From Neocallimastix sp. 'constans' (Eukaryota), in NCBI GenBank assembly GCA_050613775.1, contig JBODTK010000100.1, positions 186,001 through 250,000 of the forward strand: a DNA stretch of 64,000 nucleotides, read 5' to 3'. The position numbers and the translations under genes are program-made. Below are positions 1-14,686 of this stretch, piece by piece (within the stretch, counting starts at the first letter, position 1; every line of letters begins with the position of its first letter). Under the pieces are notes generated by a model that was given only the letters and a program-made list of their open reading frames with translations, was not told the DNA's origin and did no database searches.

Positions 1-322
1 TATTATTTTATAAATAAATAAATAAATAAATAAAAGAAAAGAAAATATATATTTATATATAAACATTTATCATTATATATGTATATATAAATATAAAGTA
101 TTTTTTTTATTCCCATACTTTTCTATACTTTTATCGATACAATTTATAACCAATAAAAAATATTTTCATAATTAGCTCTAATTAATTCCATAATTAATTA
201 TTCTTTTTATTTTCTTCTTTTTATTTTTCATCAATAAAAAAAAAAAAAAATTAAAAATTAAAAATTAAAAATATCCTAAAAAATTATATATATATATTGA
301 TAATAATTAATAATATTATAAG

Positions 323-1935
323 ATGAAGAATATAGATGTATAGATACTGAATTATTCCGAAATTTAATTGAAGGAAACGTTTTATTTACCATGTTTTTTG
401 GCCTTTTTTTAGAAGATCAATACTACATTACGCCTATTCCTGGAGAGCGGCCAGGCCTTTCCGCATCATGCATTGGAGGACAAAGCATTATTTTAAATAA
501 ATACATCTCTGAAGAAAGAAAAATAGCGTCTGGAAAAGTTATCGACTTCTTTTTATCTTGGGAAATTCAAAAGAAGAATATCATTAATCATAAAAAATAT
601 AGTGCTATACCTGAAATATATGAGGATGAGGAGGTCTGTCGTAGTGTCAATTGTGAACTCCTTAAAAAACTACAATTTATTGCTCGACCAACCAATCTTC
701 TACCAAATTACACACAATACTCGTTTAAATTTAGACGTATTATTTTTGATTTCATTTATAATAATGCTAAGGCTTCAGAAACATTGCAAAAAATAGAGGA
801 TATCGCCGCAATTAGTTTTATATCACCTTCCTCTTCTTTAGGAGTAGTGGTTATAACAATCAATGGTTTACTTTTCATCTTAATCCTTTCCTCCTTGGTC
901 ATCGTTTTCCATAAGAAGAATCAATTCTACCTAAAAATTTATGATAAATCTAACTGGTGTCTTTCTCTATTTTGCCTCTGTATCATATTAGTATATAATT
1001 GCTCCTTTCTCGGCCCTCTAACCACTTTTAAATGCTATTTGTTCCAATATTTCACATTCATTGGTTTATTAGGACTGTTCTACCCTATTTTTATGTTTGA
1101 GATTATCAATTTCCCAGTATCCAATAAATTCTCAGAATTCGTTAAACGGTATCATCTTCAATTGAATTTTGGACTAATTATTATGGATTTATCCTATTCG
1201 GCCCTGGCTTACAGTCTCTTCCCATCCAAGATTAAGTCTGTCTACGTTGATGATGGAAAAAATTTTCAAAAGTGCTTCCTGGATAAAACTAATCCTCAAT
1301 ATATCCTATTCATAATCATGGTCGTTTCTAAAGTTTTGGTGTTTCCTTCCATGGCCGTTTTATCGTTCATTGAGTATAACCTATTGAATATTAAAAATGA
1401 AATCAAAACGATCACGATACTACTTTACTTCAACCTCCTTTATATCATCTTTTTCATCATAAGTAATTCTTTTCATTTTGAACAATTTTATTTCCATAGC
1501 ATCAGTAAAATAGTGATTATTGACATTATTGTTTTCATTAACTATTTATGTATTATCTGGGTCCGGATGTACTATGAAAAAGGTAAAAAAGATGACTATA
1601 GTTATGGAGTAAAAATTGTTAAAAAAAAGCATTCGAGACCTTTAAATAACATGGAAGGTAGATCTTTGAATGGTCATTCAAAAAGAAAATCGCTTGCAAT
1701 AAAAATTATTAACTATCATTATTATAATACATCCTTAAATACAAGTAAAAAAGATGATTCATTAAATAAATCAAATACCATAACCCAGTCGTCGATACCA
1801 GAGATCAATTTATATACCGGAATCATGACAAAAAGTCAATCAGAGTATCCAATGCAATCAGAACAATCAGAACAAACAGAACAATCAGAACAATCAGAAC
1901 ATACTGGGAAACAGAACAATAACAATAATAATTAA
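323..1935 (+). CDS. 3' exon of a putative GPCR-like 7TM receptor with an N-terminal solute-binding (periplasmic-binding-protein-like) domain; upstream exons lie outside the window
   Basis: Acceptor AG at 321-322 opens a frame continuous with ORF 391-1935. Segment PIPGERPGLSASCIGGQSIILNKYISEERKIASGKVIDFFLSWEIQKK resembles the C-lobe of sugar-binding proteins. About seven hydrophobic helices follow, with an extracellular-loop Cys (KNFQKC) and a polar tail. This architecture is known in anaerobic fungi. Confidence 0.7.
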
Positions 1936-3199
1936 TTAAAAAAAATAAATAAAATTAAATAAACAAAAATATAAATATAAAAATATAAAAATATAAAAAA
2001 AACTCTAAATTTAATTCATAAAAATCATAGATAAATATTTAATGTATTGATATTATAAATTTTAAATTTAATATTAAGATTTATTTTATTTATTATTATA
2101 AAAGTCATAATTTATTTCTTTTATTTCTTTCTTTTTTTTTTTATTTTTTTATTTTTATTTAGATTTTATTTTTAATTTTTTATTTATTTATTTATCACTA
2201 TATCTTATTTACTATTATTGTTATAACTTTTAAAGGAAATTATTATTTTTTTAAAAAAAAAAAAAAGGAATAACATTTTACCCTGGAAGATACAAAAAAA
2301 ATAAAATAAAATTATAATAACTAATTATATAATTATTTTAAAGTATTAATGTAATGAAGTACCAAAAATTTAATAATGAAATACTTTTATTAAAGTTATT
2401 TATTATACATTCGAATATAATAATTTTTAGTTCGAAAAGATATTGATAATATATTTTTTGAAAATATATTTGATTTTTTTTTTTTTTTTTTTTTTTTTTG
2501 GTAAATAGATAACCTTAAAATAAATGTATTATATAAAAATAATGTTTTTTTTTTTTTTTTTTTTTTTTTTTGGTTGAATAATGAATATATATTTTAAATA
2601 ATAATTTTAATAATTATTATTTTTATAAACTTTATTATCATCATATTTATTATTAATAATTATTATTACTACTATTAATTATTATTGTTATATGTATATA
2701 TATTAATAATTCTTATAATAATATTTGACTTTTTTTTTTCTTAAATATCTATAATTTTCATAATTACAATCAATTAATAAATATTGTATAAACTAAGATT
2801 ATATCATTAAAAAGAAAAAGAATGTTAACTTTTATCCATATTATTTTAATTTTATAAAATTACGAAAGCATGTATATAAAATTATAGAGTTTCAATGAAA
2901 TTAAGAAACTTAAATAAAAGCTAATCATGAATTTATTTAATAGCAAATAAGCATTTTATATTTATTTAATATTATTAAGTAGTTAATGATAGACATGTAA
3001 TATTTTATTATATTTAATTAATTTCAATAAAACTTAAAAAAAAAAAAAACAATAGTTTCTTTATCATTTATAAATTATTAAATTAACAACAAGGGCAAAA
3101 AAAAAAAATTATAATTAATTTTTTTAAAAAAATAAAAAAATAAAAAATAATAAAAAAAAAAAAAAAATTGAAAATTGAAAAACTAAAGGATAAATCTCT

Positions 3200-3836
3200 C
3201 TATTTCAATACATAGAATGGAGTTTTATATAAAGTATCCCTAACAATAGGAACACCACAGGCTGCACAACTTGTACTTGTATTAACTGGTGTATCTTGAT
3301 AAGCATTTTCACCAAATAAGGAAACGGCATCAGCAAATAATGAAGCGGTAAAATCACAATCCGCTTTTTGTACTGTCTTTTTAGCTTTAACGAAAAAGCT
3401 ATCGCCTGAGTTAATTTGAAACATTACACTACAAAGTGATTTCAAATTGGTCTTAAACTGACTATCACAACCACTTCTTGGTAATTGATGGCAGGTGACA
3501 CAGATGTCGTGACTATTACAAACTGGTCTAAAATCTTCAGCATATGGAAGATTTCCTACTATTTGTGAGACTTGAGCATTATTTTTTGGACCACAACCGT
3601 TAACCACTGAAATAGCAGTTTGAGCAGAACCAGCTCCTTGGGTGTAACGGTAAAAGCCATAACTATAAGGTAATGTAGAAGTCAAATTAATTATTCCTTG
3701 GGAAACAGGATCACATGGTTTGGTATCTCTCTTTTCAAATTCACTTTTAGATATAATTTTGGTTGTGTTGATTACTTCTTCAGCAATACCTTCCTTTTTC
3801 AAGACTTGAGCATCCACAGAAGCTAAATGGCAAATT

Positions 3837-3879
<43 letters not shown>

Positions 3880-4367
3880 TAGAAAATAAGTAATAAAAAA
3901 ATTATATAGATTATAATTTATATATTTATATATATATATTTAATTTATAGATGACATGTCTCATAATTATTTTATAATTAATATATTACTTACTCTTCAC
4001 AATTTGTTAAAAAGTCAAGACCCAATAATATATTACTATATTCTTTAATCTTATCCATATTTATATTTTTAAATTCTTTATCTAATTTTTGGGCAGCATT
4101 GCTACATTTTTTCTGACATTTTTTTTCAGATAAATTTAAGTCATCCTTGATACTGAGGATGTCTTTAAAGTACTTCTCCCCTTTCACAATATAATTGTAA
4201 ACATTGGCGGCATCACAATGCGATATACTTAATTGCTTAGAAACCTCATTAACTTCTTCTTTTGCATCATCAGGTACCTTTCCACAAGAACTTCTAATAG
4301 TACCTGATAAGACACTATGTGAAAATGCCACTAAGAATAAAACACATTTAAAATTTAATAAAACCAT
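3200..4367 (-). CDS. Secreted phospholipase A2-like protein (group XII-like); exons 4367-3994 and 3836-3200, about 336 aa
   Basis: Signal peptide MVLLNFKCVLFLVAFSHSVLS. Donor GTAAGT at 3993 and acceptor AG at 3838-3837 join the two ORFs in frame. Motifs NGCG (Ca loop), CNSHDIC (His-Asp) and CDSQF are spaced as in PLA2G12. Confidence 0.75.
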
Positions 4368-4846
4368 TTTTTTTTTTTTAAAAAAATTTTTATTTTTGTA
4401 ATTCAGTACAAAAAAAAATAATAATAATAATAATAAAAAAAGAACTTTTAATTTTCTTGACTTATATACTTTTTTATTTTATCTCTTTTTTGAGTTTCAT
4501 CAACATTTTTATATTTTAATTCATTTATATATCAATAAAATTATGTTAAATATATTATTAAAACTATTATTATTATTTATATATATATTTTTTTTTTCTT
4601 AATTACTAATTTATTATAAATAATTATTATTATAGAAATAAATTTTATTAATGTATTTGTCCTATTTGACATTTGACTAAAATTAGATGAATTATTAAAT
4701 AATTTTTTTTATAATTTAAATAAACAGAAAATATTTCATATTTAGATATTATTTAATAATTATTATAAATATATATATATTAAAGTTTTTTAAATTCATT
4801 TTTTAAAATTGGAAAAATTTTTTGAATAATTGATCCACTAATCTCA

Positions 4847-4955
<109 letters not shown>

Positions 4956-5269
4956 AATGTATTAATAATGTAAATGTTAAAATATAGTAAATAAAATTAT
5001 ATAAATTATGCTTTATTATAAAATAAAACTAATATAAAATACATGTAATAATTATTATTTAGAAAATGATTCTTCTGTATTAAATAAAATATATTATTAA
5101 ATAAATAAAATATATAATATAAAATAATTAATCCAAGCTTCACTCATTGACAATAAATAATGAATAATATTTAATATTTAATATTTGAGTCTTTTTATTA
5201 TAAATTATAAAATAATAATTAATAAATATATATATATATATATATAATATTATAATTATAATTATTGTG

Positions 5270-8200
5270 TGTGTACACCACATACTGTGTGACACCTTAA
5301 CAGATTAAGAGTCTCATTGCTAAGAGTCTTATTTTTTTTTTTTTAAATCATTTTAACGTTGATCTAAAATTTATTATATTTCCTTTTTTCCCTCCTATTA
5401 TTTTTCTTTAATGTTTTACAATATTTTGTCAATATTTTGTGAAAGAAAAATAACAAAAAATCAAATGAAGAGAGCTCTCGTTCATTGACTCCTACAGATC
5501 CAAAGGACAATGGATCTATCTCCTTCAATGAGCATAATAAAAATTAATTTTTCTGAATATATATAAACGATTCCGATAGTGAATCTGATATATCATACAT
5601 TGATGAATATGCAGACAAGACATATAAAAAAGTCATCATCAATACGATAAAATGATTATGGTAATACAACGAAATCTGTTTTTTGATATAAAGGATTTTA
5701 AATTTTCAAAAGAAAATTTCCTCAACTGGTATGAACCTTTAAGAAGATACTTAATAGCTAATGATTTTGATACATACTTATATTGATAAATATAAATGGA
5801 AAATGAAAAGAAATCAGATTAAATCTGATAATGCTGTTCAAACCATCATTATTAATAGTATCAGTAAACAAGACTAAAATTATTTAGGTGGATGGACGTA
5901 AAACTGCTTTTCAAATGATGGAAAGATGGTGAAAAATCGATTTTATCAATCTGGACAAGCATTATTAAACATCTTAGAATATAAAATTTTATAAATTTAA
6001 AAAAAAATAATTGACAATGATTATTTACAATTCATAAATGACCTAAATAATCTGTTTTTGAACAACATCAAATAGAATGTGAAAAATTTAAAAAAAAAAA
6101 AAAAAGGTTCAATGGATGAAGAAACCAAACTTTTATAATTCCTCAATCGAATTAGATAAAATAGGAATAAATTCACCTCCTATTTATAATTTTTAAAAAT
6201 TTTTAATGATTTAATAGATGAATTATATAGAAGACATGATTTAACGTTTTGATCAAACTTCAAATAATAGTGCTAAAACTATATTAAATTCTTCTAAACT
6301 TCCTCTCAAATTATGGAATTCTACCATTCTTATATAATATTAATCCACATCAAAAGTATAGATTATAAAATTACCAATGAAGTATTTTTTTAATAAACCT
6401 ATCCATATTACTCATCATCCTTAAAGTTTTTGGTTGTAAAGCTTTCTTCTATAACAATCGTATTTCCAATAAATTTGAAAATAATTCCATACCTGGAATT
6501 CTTCTTAGGTTATGTATCTGATTCTCTTAGTTAAAAAATCTTAGATTTATCTTCTAATTCTATTATTACCACTTGGGATGTTTTATTTCATGGAAGATCC
6601 AATATTATTAATACTCCATTTTTCTGTAATAAATATATATTGATTCCATTATTAATTTCAAGGATTTATCAATTGAGGAGGAAAGTAATAATTATAATGA
6701 CTACAATAATAATGATAATAATAATAGCATTAATAATCATTCCAAAAGTGATAATTTCTGATTATGTTTTTTCTGAAAATAAAACAATTAAAAATAATAA
6801 TCCTGAAAATAATAATTTTATGAATAATAATTATAATTATTCACAATTAACAAATTCTTTCAATAATAATAATATGAATTTGAATATGAATTTGAATATG
6901 AATGAATATGAATTTGAATATGAATATGAATATGAATATGAATATGAATATGAATTTGAATTTGAATTTGAATATGAATATGAATAAATTAATTAATTAA
7001 TATTAATTTAATTTATATTTGAATATTTCTATATTTAATAATATGTTTAAGCCAAGCTGACTTTATTTAAAATAACATTAGAAAATTCCTTAATAATAAT
7101 GATAATAAATAAAATAATATGAATAAGAAAAGATCTTTTGATGAAGTGATTCTGAAAGAAAACCTAATGATGAACCTCTATTTAAATGAGAAAAAAAAAC
7201 TATTAAATATGAAAGTATCAATCAGTGAACATGAAGAAAATTCATGTGATTCTGACAATGAGCCATTAAATACAAGAAAAAAAAATTAAAATATAAAAAT
7301 AAAAAAAATGCAGAATTATGCACATTAAGAGTAATACTCCAAAAATATATAATGAATCAATAAATTGATGTTGAAGTATGGTAAATAGCCATTAATGATA
7401 AAATTTCAAATATGTATAAAAATAACGTCATGAAAATCATAGATAAAGTTCCAAAAAAAAAAAAAAAAAAAAGTACACATATTATAGATACAAAATGGGC
7501 ATTTACCGTAAAAGACAACAGCAAAAAAAAAAAAAAAAAGGCAAGATTAGTGGACATGATTTTGTGGATAGTTATTCGCCGACGATTCAAGCAGACAGTT
7601 TAAGATTAACAATCGCTCTTTTCGCTATTTATGACTAGAAATTAAAACAAAACCGGACATATATAAAGATGCTAATTTAAATGTAGATCTCAACGAAGAA
7701 ATATATACAAAAAATCCACTCCGGAGATACAAACCATAAAAAAAAAAATAAAAAATAAATAAATAAATATTGGCTTTTGAAAAAAGCTTTATATTGGTTA
7801 AATCAAGCCGAAAGGATATAGTATAATGAAATATCAACCTCCCTTCCTAACAATTAGTTTTAAAAAAAATATATTACTGACAAATATCTTTTTTTTTGGA
7901 AAATATGATAAAAATAATAATTTAATTTTTTTACTAACTCTCTATGTTAATGATATATTAATTACAGGAATTGATAACGAAATAAAAAAAAAATGCTATT
8001 AATAAATTAAAAAAGTAAATATAAAATATCTAAAGAATCAAAAGACTAATAAAATAATTGGAACAAACATTTATAAAACTAATGAAGGATATAAAGTAAA
8101 TCAATTTGATTTCATTAACAAAATTATTGATAAATATAGAATGAATAAAACAAAATAGATTAAAACCCCATGTATTAAAAATAACAGAATTTGAAAGAGA

Positions 8201-8400
8201 AAATTCTGATTTAATAAATGCTAGTAAATATAAATTTTTTTTATGTACTTTATTGTATAAAGCTGTCAAATCCAGACTAGATATTACTTTCATAGTTAGC
8301 CAAGCATCCAGAGAATGTGAAAATTCAACTGAGGCCGATTACAAATTTCTTTTACGTATACTCTAATATTTATGTACTAAAATAAAATTCATATACTATA
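5270..8400 (+). mobile_element. Heavily decayed Ty1/copia LTR retrotransposon remnant (boundaries approximate)
   Basis: Broken-frame fragments in copia order: gag-like ENFLNWYEPLRRYLIANDFDTY (~5712); integrase C-terminal LKVFGCKAFFYN..KFENNSIPGI (~6421-6500); RT WAFTVK..KARLV (~7495-7552), DLNEEIY, LYVNDILITG (~7940), AVKSRLDITFIVSQASR (~8260-8312). Possible LTR end TAACA at 5298-5302 followed by a degenerate PBS-like GATTAAGAGTCTC. Confidence 0.75.
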
Positions 8401-8446
8401 ATAAATGATTTTATATTGTCGATATAAAATCATATGATTAGAAATC

Positions 8447-8497
<51 letters not shown>

Positions 8498-10159
8498 GGT
8501 TTCCTTTCGAAAGTCGGGGTTTTACAATTAACTATTAAAATATTAATATAAATATCAAAACATAAAAATACCAAATATAAATATTAAATGTTTAAAGAAT
8601 ATTAATATTAAATTTTATTGTGATTAATACAAAAAAAAAAAATAAATAAATAAAAATTAATAATATATAATTAAAAATTAATTTTCTTATTGGTGGTTCC
8701 TTATCTATTATATAAATAGTTTCAAAATTAAAGTTATGACTAATAAACTATTTTATATAATAAAGTAATAAAAATAATAAATAAACTTTTGGTCACTATA
8801 TTATATATATTTATGTCAATACACATGGAGACAGAGGTACAAATTTATTAAAAAATTAATTTGAAAATATTTATTTTTTTAAATTCTAATCTTTAGGAAT
8901 TTTTTTTTTTTTTTAATAAAATATACAATATATAATATACAATATACAATATAAATATACAACATAAATATATAATATAAAATATAATATAAATATATAA
9001 ATATATAATAATAAATATATAATATAAATATATATAAATAAAATATAGAATAATAAAATATAAAATTTTATATTAACTTAATTATATTAAAAGTTCAGTC
9101 ATATTTTAATTAATCATCTATAAAATTATGATGAATAATTGATTTGCAAGTAAAAAAAAAAAAAAATAAATACAAAAAATAAAATAAAATAAAATTAAAT
9201 AATTAAAAAAAAAGATACACTTTAAAAATATATATATATAATAAAATAATTAAAAATGATTATAAAATGAAACACAAATTAAATTAAAAATAAATGAAGA
9301 TATCAATGGAATATAGCTATATTAATAATTATTACTACTAATTATTAATAAAAGAAACAATTAGAATTAATGATAATAATAATAAAGTATGGCTTTCTTT
9401 TTTTTTTTTTAATTATGGCTCTGTTTAATTACCATTAAAATTAATTATGACTCTAATTAAATATTGCGTTATTTAATTATGACTTTATTTAATTACTACT
9501 ACAATTAATTATGAAGGAAAAATATTTTATTTAATCAGTTTATTAAATAAAATATTTTTCCTTTATAATACTAACTTTTAAGGTAATTAGTAGATCTATT
9601 CTAAAAAAATTCTAATAAATCATAAATTTTATAAAAATATTCCTAATTTTACAGATTAATAAAACACCTTTTAATTATTATAATTATTATTATATAATTT
9701 TAATGGCACTATTAACTTATTTATAATCAAAATAATTCTAACTAATGATTATTCTCTATTCACTAACATAACATATATAGCTAGCTAATTAGAAACATTT
9801 TTCCAAAGTAATATTTCCTATACTGATAAGCAATTATATCTATTAAAGTATTTAGCAACTTTTGACAATTACATTTTACAAATTTTCTTAATAATAATAA
9901 ATTTCATATTTACTATTTAATGATTTTACAATTAATATTTCTTTATTATTATTATTTAAAGTTTCATTCTATTACTATAATTCACTATGGTCATTGTTTA
10001 GTTGTGGCAATAATTGAATGAATAATGATATAATATATATAAATCAATAAATTTTATTTATTTGGAATGAAATAATAAAAAAAATTTTTTTTTCGTCATA
10101 ATTTTATTTCTTTTTAATATATATTATTTATTTTATTATATTTTATTATATCATAATAC

Positions 10160-10460
10160 ATTATTTATTATTATTTATTATATATTATTTATTATTTATT
10201 ATTATTATTTATTATTTATTATTTACTATTTATTATTTATTATTTATTATTTATTATTTATTATTTATTATTATTTATTATTTATTATTTATTATTTATT
10301 ATTTATTATTTATTATTTATTATTTATTATTTATTATTTATTATTTATTATTTATTATTTATTATTTATTATTTATTATTATTTATTATTTATTATCTAT
10401 TATCTATTATTATTTATTATTTATTATTTATTATTTATTATTTATTATTTATTATTTATT
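10160..10460. repeat. (TTATTAT)n heptamer tandem repeat
   Basis: Near-perfect 7-bp array. The same unit occurs on the opposite strand at 40195-40410 and 40740-40930. Confidence 0.9.
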
Positions 10461-13400
10461 ACTTATTGATTATTTTCCATTATTTAATAGTTAATATTTA
10501 TTATTTTCCATTATATCTATTATCTAATATTTATTATTTTCCATAATCTTATTTAATATTTAGTAATTCATTATATATTATTTTTTTTAAAAAAAAAAAA
10601 AAAAAGTTAAAATAAATCTATAATATTAAAATTTAAATCTACATCAAATATCACCATAAAAATTATTTTTCATAATAAGCAATAAAAAAAAAAAAAAAAA
10701 AAAAGGAATTTGAATACATTTATTTTTGTATTTTATTTAAACCACTTTGTTCTACAAAAAACAAAATTATTCATAATTATTCATAGATTTTATTTTTTTT
10801 CTACAGAATAATATATAAAAAAAAAAAAAAACAATGAAACAAAAACAATAAATAATAGAAATAAAATTTAAACGAAATTAAAAGTTATTTAGTTATATTT
10901 TATTATTATTATAAATTATTCTAGTTATATTTTCTAGTTATATTTTATTATTAATATAAATTATTCTAGTTATATTTAATTATTATGATTAATTATTCAA
11001 TTTTATTATACAATTGTTATTTGTATAATTATTTATTTCTATAATTACTACATAAAATATTTATTAGTTTTGCTTTATAATTCTATTGTTATTAATTAAG
11101 ATGTAGTTTTATTATTATATACTTTTTAGTTGTTTTTTAAATACATTTGTTCATAAATTAAAATTATATATTATTTTATATTTTATTATTTATGCTTTTT
11201 TTTTTTTTTTTTTGAATATTATCATATTTAGAAATTTTTTTATTATTTTTCCTTTTTTTTTTAATTTTTTTTTTAATAAAATTAAAAAAAAAATAATTTT
11301 AATAAATAAAATTTTAATTTATTAAATTCTAAAATTGGTCGATATAAAGAAATGGAAAATAGTAAAATAGCTAATGTACAATAGCATTAATTAAAATTAT
11401 TAGGCTATAAAGTTTATGCTACCATAGAATACCATATATGTGTTGATTTTAATCATGTAGAATGATGACTTCATACAAATGACATAATAATACATTAAAA
11501 TGAAAACAAATAAAAAAAATAAAAGGTTAATATATATATAGTATTTATTTGTAAATAAATACAAAATAATAAAAATAAAAATAAAAATCATTTTATTAAG
11601 ATTCTAAACAATTCATTAATAACATTTATTAAATGAGATAAATTAATTTATGTAAATAATTACTCTTAAGTACATCTTTTATAAGCTTATAAAAAAAAAT
11701 TAAAAAATAAAAGAAAAAACTTTGGTAAATTTATAATTTATTTTATAAAATGAAAAGTCAATAATTAATTATTAATATTAATCATTTTATATATGATTTT
11801 TATTTTTATTTTATTTATACCATATTTATAATTATTGTTATTTAATTGTATTTAATCTATACTTTACATCTATATTTCTACTATTTATTTTATTTTATTT
11901 TATTTTATTTGTACTACATATTCATATTTCAAGTATTTATTTTATTTTATTTTATTTTAGTATGAATTATTTTTTTAATGAGTATTATTAAAATTTTTTG
12001 TATCTTTAAAACTACCTAAATATATTTAAAAGTAATAACAAAAATTCATAATGCTTTAGTCACATGCAAAAATGTAATATTTTCATTGTTTATTCAAATC
12101 AAATTAAAAGAATTGCATAAAGTTTTTTTACTTTGTTTTAAACATTTCTCATTTGTATTAATAAATTGAAAAGTTGCTTCATTTATTTGTTTTTAAAAAT
12201 TCACTGCTTATTAAAAAATAGTTTTTTTTTTGGTCATAATTGAATTGGTTTACATGATAAGTCAATCGATTCATTTATTATTCATTTAAATTCTGGAAAA
12301 AATATTTTTAATTTATTATATATTAATTAAAATTATTATTTAATTTAATTTAATTTAATTTAAATAAATATTATTTTATTTCATAGTATTAAATAATTAG
12401 TAACTTTATTAAATAGTAATTTTTTATTTACACCAATTTCAATCTAATTTTTATTAATTTTATTTTTACATTAATCTTAACCATTTTAATATTTTTTGAG
12501 TTATTGAAATGGGTTGAATCAACTTCATTTTTATTCATCATATTTTGGGTTAAGTAAGTGATATAAAATGAAATATTCAAACCTTAATTAATATAAAATT
12601 AATTTTATTATTCAAACATAAATTAATGTCATAAGTCAAATTTAAATCTAATGATTTTACAACAATTTCAATATGTGGCTTGATTTCTATATATTAATTA
12701 TATTTATAATTAATAATAAATTTTATAGCATAAATCAATGTTTTAATTATATTCTTATTATTTTATATATATATTTATATAGTTATTAAATATTTCCTTA
12801 AATAATAATTATTAATAGTTTATTCTAATCACAAGAACAATTAATTAAATAGTTAATTATAACTAAATAACATAAAAATAAAGCATTTCTCGGAATTAAG
12901 AGAAGTCGCTGTTGTGAAGTTGTTTTATTAAGTCTAGTTAAGATTAAAAGTTATATTATGTTTAGTAATGTTTAGTTAGTTTGTAATTAAAAATATAAGA
13001 AAGTTGTTAAATAGCCTTTTTTAATTATATGTAGTTTTTATATAAAATTAAATAAATAAATAAATAATAAATTAATAAATTTAATAAATAAATCCCAACA
13101 AAAGTACATCGAACTTTTGAGTTGTATAACATAAGAAGATAAAATTAATTTTTAATTTTGTTTAATAATATTAAAAAAAAATTATTATTTATACTCAATA
13201 CTACTATTAAACAAAATTAAAAATTAATTTTTTTTTTTTTGTAATGTTTATAAATTTTATAATAGTAAATTTTATAACTTTTAAAATATCAACAAAATAT
13301 AGAAAAAAAATAAAAATAAATAAATGGAAATAAAGATTTCTTTTTTTTATAATTAATATTCGTAATTATTATAACTATGATTAGAAATAAAATCATGATA

Positions 13401-14686
13401 ACATATTATTAACCGTTCACCATTTTTTTTATAATTTATTAATATTTATTTTTAATATATTATTATCATTTTTTTTTTTTACTTTATTTTATTTTATTTT
13501 ATTTCATTTTTTATTTTAATTTTTTTTTTTTTTTTTCAATTCAATTATAAAGAAAAAAATTTTTTTTTTTTTTTTGATATATAAAAATGAAACATTAATA
13601 TTTTAAATTTTGTTTCTATTGTTTTTGTAAATATTAAAATTAAAGTTTTCTTTTTTTTTTATATATTCAATTTTAATTTATTTAATAAAATAATTTTTCT
13701 TCACTAATTTCCAAAAATAAAAAAAAATTAAAAAAAAAAAATTTAAAAAATTAATATATAATAATAATTATATAATAATAATTATGTATAAATTTATATA
13801 TATTAAAATAAATAAATAATAAAATAATAAAATATAGAAATATAAAATAATAAATAATAAATAATAAAATAGAATGATTGATTATTCATAAATAAAATTT
13901 AAAATTTATACTATTTTAATGTTTAATTAAAAAAAAAAAAAAAACAATAGAAAGATACAAAAAAAAAAAAAAAAAAATAACAATAGAAAGATAAAAAAAA
14001 AAAAAAAAAAAGAATAAGGAAATAATATTTTGGCTAAATTTTATAAATGATAAACTTTTAAATAATATATTATATATATTGTATTATATTTATTAAATTA
14101 TTAATTATTAATAAATATATTTTATATAAAACTATATATAAAATATAAAATATCAAAAAAAATAAAAAAATAAAAAAATAAAAACTTTGTTATATAATAA
14201 AGTAAATAATTTAAATATTAAAAAAAATTATTACTTTCTTTTTTAAAAAAATATAAAAAGGCAATTTTTTCCCTTTTTTTCTTTTTTTTTTTAAACTATT
14301 CAAAAAATAAAATTAAAGTAAAATAAATAAATAATTTTACTTTAGAAAAGAAAGAAAGGAAATTAAAAAAAAAAAAAATTTTAATTTCATATTTAAAAAT
14401 TTTTTTATTTTAATTTGTAATATATTAATTTATTTAATATATATATCATTTTTATTTTTTTTGATAAAAAATAGTTAATGATATTACGTTTATAAAATTT
14501 TGATAATTTTATTGTAAGTAGATTGTTTTTAAAAAAAAAATAATTAATTAAAATACGTTTTACTATCAAAAAATCTAATTTTTGTATAAATAATACAATA
14601 ATACAATAAAAGTAACAAAAAGAAAAATATAGTATATAAATAATATAAATAATATTTAAGATAATAAAAAAAAGTACAAAAAAAAA

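Noticed and set aside
6640..6987. 115-aa ORF with EY/EF repeats
   Set aside because: Product of an (ATGAAT/TTGAAT)n hexamer array inside the decayed copia element.
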